Shown: one piece after another, positions 1-9,590 of the stretch
How positions within the stretch are numbered: position 1 is the first letter of the stretch
Layout of the letters: each line of letters starts with the position of its first letter
Source of the DNA: Paraphysomonas bandaiensis
Lineage: Eukaryota > Protista > Chrysophyceae
Length of the DNA stretch: 64,000 nt
Direction: 5' to 3'
NCBI GenBank assembly: GCA_965644295.1
Contig: CBFFRP010000123.1
Coordinates: 372,001 to 436,000, forward strand
The notes under the pieces: model-generated
The model's database searches: none
Seen by the model: the letters and a program-made list of their open reading frames with translations, nothing else
Told to the model about the DNA's origin: nothing
Translations under genes and position numbers: made by a program

Positions 1-340
1 ATTATAATAGACTACAACCTACAACCGTGTAAATTACTTGATCTTGATACGCAGCCCTGATAACTTGGTGTCACCTATTGCGTACTGAATACTATTAACC
101 CAATTTCATTGCACAATAAATATTATATATCATACTTGACAGAAGAAATTTCAATAAAGCCGTAGTAGCTAGTAGGGATTGAATAAATAGGAAGAGAATA
201 AAACACATGATTATTAAGAAAATGGTGGGATATACTGACCAAAAGCGATATTCTGGTCAAGGGAAACAAGGAAATATTACGTCTAGAGGAAAAAATATCA
301 AGCGATAGGTCCCAATAGTTTATAGTTATTCTAGCATAGT

Positions 341-860
341 CTAAAAATCTTCGTTGTCGACTTTATCTTCCTCCAAGTCGTCGTTCTTGCTCTGCACAAG
401 GCTATTGCGAACAACTGTAGCTCCAACGGGATCCAGAGGTTCAAATATAGCCGACGCGCGGTGCTGATTGTCGTTGTAAGTGGACCCCGCAAGAATCATC
501 ATTATGTGCATGCATACAATAAGTCCAGTGGCGGATACAAGACTCACACGGAAAGAGGTGCAGTACGACTCCGCCTGGCTTTCAGTAGGGTACCCGAATG
601 TTCCCGTGGTCTCAGCTAAAAACATAGTTGTCAAAACAATACTAAATATCAGCCTGCCATAACTCACGATTAAGGAAGTAGTCTCGGCATTCGTCGAAGT
701 CGTAAAAATTGTTGTAGTCGTAGAACCTGCAAACAACATGGCGCACATCATGCTTCTCACCTGCACACACCCTGAACCACTCACATACGTGAAGATGTCC
801 ACCAAGCACACCACAGTAAACTTGACAAACTTCGCACGCGCACGCTCCCCCATCCCTGGT
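341..860 (-). pseudogene. 3' fragment of an intron-containing gene of unknown function, cut at its 5' side by the repeat block at ~865-2094
   Basis: The minus-strand ORF contains GTGAG...AG intron-like segments. One apparent acceptor reads TTGCGG instead of TTGCAG. No start or upstream exon is recognisable beyond the repeat block. Confidence 0.3.
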
Positions 861-864
861 TTCA

Positions 865-1385
865 CACCGCCATAATCAAACTATCAAAAGCCGCACGGAA
901 TCCAAACACCCCCCAGGTTGGGCGCTACTGGACCGGCCACACAATTGGCTGACGCATTCGGATGCCACATATCCAGCTCACTGCTCGAACATCAATTCCA
1001 CGCCCTAGAAAAATCCATCACCTCTCTATCCTGCTCCCCCTATATAATGGAGGGCTCCGCTTGCTTCGAAACAGGGGACTCAGACACCACAACGCAGACA
1101 CGACACCAGTAAATGACACCGACACACTCACAGCAACGTCAGTCCCAGGATACTCACTCGACACCAAAAATACTCCAGCTACTCCAGGCGACATCTACCC
1201 CAAGAATTCCATCCTCTGCAAGAGTCCGAACCCGACAGAGGCAAGCGCAACCACTTCGGAAACAACTCTTCCTTACTTGTGGCCGAAACTCCACCTCGAC
1301 AACCAGCACCATCTCCACCACCGATTTCCACTCTCATATACATCTCGCCCCATCCACTCCTCATATATAATAACCCATCATGGCA
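865..1385 (+). mobile_element. Possible degenerate 3' end of a non-LTR retrotransposon (RLE/CRE-like ORF C-terminus plus 3' UTR)
   Basis: Strongly C/A-rich strand-biased stretch. The frame-shifted translation ...GRYW/ATGPATQLADAFGCHISSSLLEHQFHALEKSI loosely resembles the terminal helix of RLE-type LINE ORFs. It runs directly into the ribozyme-headed repeat. Confidence 0.3.
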
Positions 1386-1386
1386 C

Positions 1387-1473
1387 CCTCAACAAAGTCG
1401 GGCTCGCACCTTTTCGTGGTGTTCTGGGGGATAAGTACCGGAGAGAATCTCTCTGGGAAACTAACGTGAGCCG
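1387..1473 (+). ncRNA. HDV-like ribozyme fold (copy 1)
   Basis: P2 GGCTCGC/GTGAGCC; P3 ACC/GGT; L3 TTTTCGT; 7 nt then GGG; P4 CCGGAGAG/CTCTCTGG; J4/2 CTAAC. P1 CCTCAAC/GTTCTGG is imperfect. Confidence 0.6.
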
Positions 1474-1866
1474 CAATCATAGTCAGCAGATATTCTTCTG
1501 CCCACTCATAGCCGAATGCTTGTGTGGTACAAGGGACACCAATAAGTGTCACTTGTGTAGACGTGTTTGGGCCCTGACGAATAAATAGGCATCCGGGACA
1601 GGGCCCACCTGAAGGGTAACCGGGGTATTGGGCTGCCTACTGAAGTCAAGCATCCAGGATGTTCACCTTAAGAACTCAGAACGGAAGTGGTCGCACCTTG
1701 GTGCTTGCGGCGACACACAAGCAGCTTCCGTAGCGTTAAATAGCAGAATAAAAAAAGTATGCAGTGATTAGTTACAGGTATAGGTCTAACTAGTTTGTCT
1801 AGCATTCATCTAGCTACTAAGTTGGTGCAGGTTTTTAACGCCTATTGCTAATAATAAGACTTTCAA
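1387..1866 (+). mobile_element. Ribozyme-headed non-autonomous retroelement-like repeat, copy 1
   Basis: Aligns by eye with 8884-9311, 20837-21307(-) and 45695-45895(-). Starts CCTCAACAAAGTCGG and ends ...ACGCCTATTGCTAATAATAAGACTTTC. Confidence 0.85.
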
Positions 1867-1871
1867 TATAT

Positions 1872-2094
1872 AGCCCGCCAGACACATTGCCCAAAGGCAG
1901 ACCCCCCGACTAACCTCACTACAAAGGACAAGGGACGGTTGCACCATGGTGCTCGCAACGATACGCAAGCAGTCCCGAGACGGTTGCCCGCAACTAGTAG
2001 TATATAGTAAGTCCAGTTTTTAGTCACTCTATAGTCTATAGATGTAAAACTAGTTTCTGTACACAACCGTTCTCATTTAATAATCAGACTTTCT
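1872..2094 (+). mobile_element. Diverged tail-only relative of the repeat, in tandem with copy 1
   Basis: GGTTGCACCATGGTGCTCGC...GCAAGCAG (1937-1972) matches the tail motif GGTCGCACCTTGGTGCTTGC...CAAGCAG. It ends TAATAATCAGACTTTC like the other copies. Confidence 0.6.
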
Positions 2095-2323
2095 TAGTAA
2101 AAGTTCTATAGGAATCGCAACAAGTAGTGTCCATAAGCCAAAAATCAAAGGCGCACTGATGAAAGCCAAATACTATTTATTTGTGACTTGCGCTCTGAAA
2201 AAAGCGACATCACAACTTCGGATTGTGAGTATTGGGACTATCATTGTACACAAATTTAACAAAAAACGCTGTCTGAGGCATCACGGCAAGGTGAATATGC
2301 CTAGCATATGCAGTCCTTATAAT

Positions 2324-4507
2324 TTACATCACGACAGAGTACGAAGAGCTTAAGGCCTAAACATACAAGCCAGGACAAAGGAAGCTTACAAACGACGTAC
2401 AAGTTATACAGCAAACCAGAAAATATTAACAATATTAACCATCAGCCTAAGCACATCCTTCAAAGAAGGATTCCGTTGTGCTGTGGCAGCACAAAAGTCC
2501 ACGATCATTTGATTCATAAGGCTGGTGGTTTTCAATTCGTGCGACGAGACATCATACTTTACTCCAATGTCTTGTTCGACCGATACATACATAGGAAAAC
2601 AACAGCTGTCAAAATAGACGCGCATCACAGGCTTTCTCAGCTCAGATGTAGAGAATTCCAGCAAGTCTAGATCGCTGCCGGCAGATGCTCGCCTCTCCTT
2701 TACATTCAACCCTTTGAAGCACTCTCTCATCGCCTCAGCCACACTCGCCACACTTATATTAACATTGCTATTACGAGCAGCCTCAATCAAACCTTGTGAG
2801 GTTAACTTCCGTTTCTTGCTCGATAAAATAACCCGTTGTGTAGAATGCGGACAGTCTAGCTCTTGGAGACAGCGCTTCGTGGTCTCAATAAGAGAATACA
2901 GTCTCTTACATAGCACCTGCTTACGCATCACCTGACCATTCGGTGCAGCTGGGGTGGAATCAACACCAGCTGATGACGCTTTGAGAAGATCAACCGAATC
3001 TGCGCTCAGAACCTGCAGACAGTGTCCCGCAGTCATAGTAATCTCTTGTGCAGCCGTAGGGTCACGCCACACTATAGGTTTGGAACTCTTTGTCGCAGAA
3101 TTCAAATCACGTGGGGCCAGGGAACAGGTGGTGCTCAGTAGTCCAGTAATATGGCCTGTAGTGAGAATGATTACAGTGACATGTGACAATGCAAGCGCCA
3201 GTGCAGAGCAATCAGGTGTATATGTGGAGACTTGCCTTTGATGTCCTGGCACACATCACTGTAGTGTGCTCCCTCATTCAAATTTGTAAGGGTTGAGAAG
3301 AGTTTATCTATATGCTTCTGCACCTTCTCCCGAGGAGAAAGAATCACTGGTGCAGCCGAGCCAGATTCGGTTTTCAATCTCTTAGACTTCTTGGCGATTT
3401 CTGTAAAATATTCAAAAATTTGATTCAGATCTTTCATTTCCCCGACAGATAGGGGAGCTTGAGGTAAATGCGTGAACTGTTGATATAGTTACATAAGCAA
3501 AAACGTCCAAAATACTCACATAAAACTCTATCTTTTTGAAATTTTCCTCCTGCAATTTAAAACTAGACGTAAGCACACAGAAGTAGTGTACGAGATTATC
3601 AGCTACCTCTACGGAACCGCGATAACTTCTAAGAAACTTTTTTCGAAGATCATCACCAAAATAACGATTAAATTTCTACGAAAATCACACAAATGAACAT
3701 TACAAATTGCAGTATATGTTTAGTACCGCTAGAATTGTGGATTCTCTCTTTTGAAATTCATGATCACTTCTGTAAGTTTCATAATCTGGTGTATTGCCAA
3801 ATTTGGGGGAACCATTGAAAGAATTCGTAGGATTCAGTTGTAGCTGTGCTGTTTGTCCGTGTACATGATACTGGCCTATCTGGGAACTAGGTTTCGTGTG
3901 TTCATTACTTTGAGATATTGGTTGTGTCTGACGATGAGTATGTGATGAAATTTCCCCCTGCTGGTGGGGTTGCAATAAAGCTCCATGCTGGTGATGCACC
4001 TGACTTAACGTGGGCTGATGTGAGTGCAGAAGAGTTCCATGCTGGATATGTGCCTGCAACGGAGTTTCCGCTTGCTGGGGAAGCTGCAACACAGCTCTCT
4101 GCTCTTGGTGCGCCGGAGTCCTCAGTTGTTGATGTGAACGCAGCATCCCTTCATGCTGCTGGTGTGTCTGATATACAGGAGATGTAGTCATTGGAAGAAA
4201 CTCTCCTCCTTGCATTCGACAATTCATACACTCCTGATTCATTATCGCATAATATTCCTCACACTCATTCGCCTTCCCGTGCACCGTCCTGTAAACTCTA
4301 CTCTCAAAATCTCTCGCCATTTTCAATAGTTGATCTCTATTATATGTAGAGTAACGCCTCGAATATAATTCTAGACTGTGTATATATGGTTAGAGGCGTA
4401 TCTCATACATAATAATCGTATTACATTTTCTGCAGTTGTTTCATACGGTCGGAGTGTGTGAGTGAACACACACGCTTCGTTTGTTGTTGTTGTTGAATTT
4501 GTTGCAT
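2324..4507 (-). CDS. KIX-domain, Q/H-rich protein resembling Mediator subunit MED15 (multi-exon)
   Basis: The spliced N-terminus MQQIQQQQQ...SDRMKQLQKI|LELYSRRYSTYNRDQLLKMARDFESRVY...EEYYAIM has a KIX pattern. It is followed by a Q/H-rich region and ORF segments 3171-3437 and 2404-3252, joined in frame by an intron at 3156-3235. The last exon is tentative. Confidence 0.55.
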
Positions 4508-4650
4508 TTGGTTCAGGGTTTCGATTGTTTCAATAGAATATATGCAGAGTTTGCTCGTCAGTCATGGAGACATGTGCACATCAATAGACAACACTGCACT
4601 GCATTCACACACATATCCATACAAACACTTATATGCCATATACATAGATA

Positions 4651-5274
4651 TACATACATACATACATACATACATACATACATACATACATACATACATA
4701 CATACATACATACATACATACATACATACATACATACATACATACATACATACATACATACATACATACATACATACATACATACATACATACATACATA
4801 CATACATACATACATACATACATACATACATACATACATACATACATACATACATACATACATACATACATACATACATACATACATACATACATACATA
4901 CATACATACATACATACATACATACATACATACATACATACATACATACATACATACATACATACATACATACATACATACATACATACATACATACATA
5001 CATACATACATACATACATACATACATACATACATACATACATACATACATACATACATACATACATACATACATACATACATACATACATACATACATA
5101 CATACATACATACATACATACATACATACATACATACATACATACATACATACATACATACATACATACATACATACATACATACATACATACATACATA
5201 CATACATACATACATACATACATACATACATACATACATACATACATACATACATACATACATACATACATACA
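4651..5274. repeat. Perfect (TACA)n microsatellite, 624 bp (156 units)
   Basis: Uninterrupted tetranucleotide repeat seen directly. Confidence 0.99.
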
Positions 5275-5467
5275 GTGAGTCCTACACTGTCGTCGTTACT
5301 CAGATGATTCTATGAGTATGTGTACAGAGATTTACTGGCTTTACGTCTGAGATCCTCATATGCACTCCTCACTTTACATCACTTCGTATATCCCAGTGAT
5401 TGTATAGCGGATATTCTCTATAGGATACTGTCATCTGTGTTATGTATAGGCACTTCTGTTGCTCATA

Positions 5468-8400
5468 ATGGGACAAACAGGATCATATACGTGTAAAATC
5501 GAGGTCGCTCCTGCCTTAACTAACTTCACAAAATGGAACAGTTCTCATATAAAGGAATTAATGAAAACATGTCAGCATACGCTGTCGGATACATTTGCTC
5601 TACGACTACAGGAGGTGTGTACCCTCTGATGTGCTGATAACCCGCTGACTATATGCAGTTTATGTTTCTTATAGGTAAACGTACACTGACCCTTCCTCAA
5701 GCTAGATATGTGTTTAATAACATATTCGATACCGATGCAAATAAACTCGTTGATAAGTTCGAAATCATATGCGGTATAATACTCCTCTCTGCGCTATCCA
5801 GCGAAGAGAAAGTTGAGTTCATGTACGACTTATTTGACTTTAATAGCAAGGGGTATGTTGTGGAAACAGAAGTGATTTTAATGTTGCGTACTATTACAAA
5901 GTGTGCTGATAAAATCGACTCTAACATGGGTGCCCCTCCAGACGATAGGATAAGGGAAATTGCCAGGGATTCAATTGCGTTTGGCGTAATGCATCCTGGA
6001 TCCCTTCGGAAATACGAACTTATTCAATTTGCAGCTAATTACCCAACTGCCAGGGCATTTCTTGAAAGCTGGCGCGGACATGCTAGTCAAGTTCTACTTG
6101 CTTCACACCAGAAGTGGCAAGACCAATCATTTCCTGCCCAGCACATATCAATTGCCCCCTCTCCCTCTTGGTTGACCATCGGGCTGCCCCCTGGTGATTT
6201 CGTACACTGGAAGCGCCGAGAACGAGTAGCAATGGGTTGTAAACTCCTTTTTGGTCACGCAGACAAGTTCGTAAAAGGATCGGACCGGGTGTTCATGGAA
6301 GGTGTAGGATGTATGGCGCAAGGCACCCTCAAGCAAGGCTTACTTGCAGACCGGTGGATTCTCAACGGCATAGCGGTCATCATTTCAGTTCCCCACATGG
6401 TAAAGTTTGTGTTCGCTACAACAGGACAGGAGGAAGTTGGCAGGTTTTGTGTTCGCTTGTTTGAGGGACGGGGTTGGCTCTCTGTCTTTCTAGACGATCG
6501 CATCCCCTGCAATCCGCTTCGATGGCCGCTGTTTATGCGCTCCTCGTGCGATAGTGAATGTTGGCCTCTCATATTGGAAAAGGGTATAGCAAAAAAGCTA
6601 GGGTCATATGGTCATCTCGCAGCTTGCGGAACTCGCGCTGATGCTACCGAAAATGCGCTCCGATGGCTCACTGGTGGGCATGTAACCAGAGTGCCCTCAG
6701 CTGACTACGAGTGGCTTAGTATTGCGGCGGAGGGTATTGTTTTTGTGCATTTTTGCCCCTCATTGCCAACTTATATTTATTGCCAGTGACGGGCAAGGAC
6801 GGTGTGCAGCTGGTAATAAATTTGCTCAACGAAGGATCGCTGGTAGCTTTTGGTAAGAATCTGTGATTTATAGCTTTTTATTTACGATATTATTGAAAGG
6901 TAAATCGGAAACTAGAATATTTCACTATCCAAAGAAGAAAAAGAAGAAAGAAAAGTGCGTAACTAACAGAGGCACTTACCCACATGTAAGTTATATCTCT
7001 TTGCTGTACTTATCCGACTAACCCGGTGTTTGTTTCAGGGTCGCCTTTTTCCTGTGATCGGTGTAGAGCAGCGGAAGGGGTTCAGATTCCTGGTGCTAAG
7101 AGACGCTTGGGGACTTGTACCCGATGCCGTGCTAGGTACATCTACAATTCTATAACATGTCCATTTGTCCACTCTGACAGAATGTTGCATCAACAGAACC
7201 GGACCCGAAGTATGGGCAGTGCCGCCTGTTTGAAGTACCGTAAGTTCTTTGTGATATAGTACGCTCTTAGCTTATTCCCTGTGTGGCCACTGTAGAGTTG
7301 AGTCGATTCCGCTGGAGTTCGATACTATGGTAGTCTCAAGGTTCCCTGACAGTATGAAAGCACATGTATACAAGGAATCCAAGCGGCTTATTCACATAAA
7401 ACCTCCGACTGTTCCCTGGATAACAGGTACGATGCTAAGGTACTGAAACTAAATGGGATGATATATACATTGTTGTAGAGATTCTTCACCAGGAAACGAA
7501 GGATATAAATCGACCTGCGAGGTAAAAATCTGTATCGCAGCTTTTTTGTCATCATAATTGCGTAGGTTCTTAATTCGAGTGTCTCCTAGCCCGAAAGGGG
7601 GTGTACTTGCTAAGAGAGACAAAAATACAACAGTGGAAGTATCCGATGACCCTGTGGAGCTGTGCATTACTGTCAGTAGGTAGTATGACGGCACTGTATT
7701 TATGTGTGTATAAACCACTTACACAGCTCGAATTCTTGGGGTGACTGCAGTGATGTGATCGATCCGCAGCCGCCTCGCCTCTATGGACACCTCTGCCCCA
7801 CCGCAGCCACCCGCGCACATCTGGAGGCAAACAAACTACATATGATAGATGTTCTTGACTCCACCAGGGTTCGTCGACCTGTTGCACAGCAGACAGATTC
7901 GAGCTCAATTACTAACACCCACTTAGTGGGTAACTCTGCAGCTTCTGGAGTCAAGAGTACCCTAGATAATAGTGCAGTTGGAAGAGATGTAACGAATGAC
8001 GGTTCAAAAGCAGACACCGACTCTGAGGCACAGCGGTTGGTTGCCACTGTGGGTGAATCCGAGTCAGAATTCAAATATGATTTTTCATTTTGTTGTAACC
8101 GGGCCTGGTGTAGTCATAGCTTTATTTTACCTCCCGGCGAGTATATTCTCAGTGCATATTCGGAGGAGACTCACGAGGAAACTCCTGGGGTGCGTAAAGG
8201 GATGCCTATTGACAAGGTTCCCTCTCAGAAACCGCCTCCGGAAGGGACTGGTAGTACACCACGAAAAATATTTAAGGATGATGTTGGGGTAAATCAAGGA
8301 ATATGGGCTCATATTACTTCCATTGGAAATATTGGACTAGGCGAGCTTAGTACACGTGAGGTCGAAGCCAGTCAGGATTGTCTATGTAAACCCGTATTGA

Positions 8401-8585
8401 GAGAAATGAAAGATGCCGGTCTTCCTTTACCTGAGGTTTGGCCATTTATGGTTGATCATCAACATGAGGCTGGATCGAAAGGCCTGTTTGAGGTTATCAC
8501 AAAATTAAGAAGCGAGTTGGATAAAGTTAATGTCCAGCTTTTGGAGTTGAAATATGGAGATACAGTTAGCTACGTTGTGAACTAG
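5468..8585 (+). CDS. N-myristoylated EF-hand + calpain-like (CysPc and domain III) protein, probably catalytically inactive
   Basis: MGQTGS start; EF-hand DFNSKGYVVETE; calpain motifs WQDQSFP, QGLLADRW, LDDRIP, WPLILEKGIAKKLGSY, WLTGG, LRDAWG and LPPGEYIL; multiple GT-AG introns. Confidence 0.85.
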
Positions 8586-8883
8586 CGATTTGTTATGAAA
8601 TACACCAGCATTGTAGCATACTCTGTATGTATATTTTTTGGAAGTGTGTTACTTTAATATAATATTATGGTGAAGTCAATCCATGTGGAATTTTTATGCT
8701 GCGTACATTGAAAGATCTAAAAATAGCTACCATATGAATGTGTGTCGTATATCTTATGTTGCCTTGAAAGATATTTTGTAGAAACTTCATCATTTGTGAG
8801 TGGTTGACAAACCGAAATTATTGATTTGCTTTTCATCAATTGATTGATATCTAGTAAATAGTAAACTATGTACTTTAGAATAC

Positions 8884-8969
8884 CCTCAACAAAGTCGGAC
8901 TCGCACCTTTTGGTTGTGTTATGGGGGATAAATACCGGAGATATTTCTCCGGGAAACTAACGAGAGCCG
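8884..8969 (+). ncRNA. HDV-like ribozyme fold (copy 2, degenerate L3/P3)
   Basis: Same architecture as copy 1; P4 CCGGAGA/TCTCCGG; J4/2 CTAAC. L3 TTTTGGT and P3' TGT are mutated. Confidence 0.45.
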
Positions 8970-9311
8970 CATATTATATATTATATAGTCAGCAGATATT
9001 GTTCTGCCCACCCATAGCCAAATGCTTGTGTGGTACAAGGGACACTAAAATTAGTGCCACTTGTGTAGACGTCTTTGGGCCTTGACGATAAGCAGGCATC
9101 TGGGAATGGGCCCACCTCAAGGGCATCTGGGGTTTGGGCTACCTGCCGAAGTCAAACTTAAGGGGAAGGACAGAGAGCGCAAGTGATTTCACCTCGGTGC
9201 TTGCGGTGACACACAAGCAGCTTTCGTAGTGAAGCACTAGTTGTGTTAACTGTTTTGCGAAATTAGTTCTGACTCTTACACGCCTATTGAAAATAATCAG
9301 ACATTCACTAC
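8884..9311 (+). mobile_element. Ribozyme-headed repeat, copy 2 (apparently full length)
   Basis: Same 5' start and 3' end (...CGCCTATTGAAAATAATCAGACATTCACTAC). Possible degenerate target-site duplication TACTTTAGAATAC (8871-8883) / TACATTAAAATAC (9309-9321). Confidence 0.85.
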
Positions 9312-9590
9312 ATTAAAATACTGTGTGGAGGATAGAACTGATCACTGTACAGCCTAATCAAAATATGAAGAATTTTTACATATCAGTTGTAGCCCCAACA
9401 ACAGGTGCTTCCTATATATACGATTATGACGCAGCACTAACTCTTTATGACACTACACTTCCATATCAATCTCAATTATCAATCTCAATTACGTCTAGGG
9501 CTATCGAGTGATATATTATTGTGGCGTTATTTTGTATACACTTCTCAACTCAACTGGTTAGGGGAAAAACAACTGATAAAATTAACTGAT

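Noticed and set aside
1722-1800. Second HDV-like motif in the tail (GCT-TYTTCGT-AGC in some copies)
   Set aside because: It resembles P3/L3, but no consistent P1, P1.1 or P2 partner is found across copies.
4481-5315. Five long ORFs (YIHT/MYVC repeats)
   Set aside because: Artefacts of the stop-free (TACA)n microsatellite.
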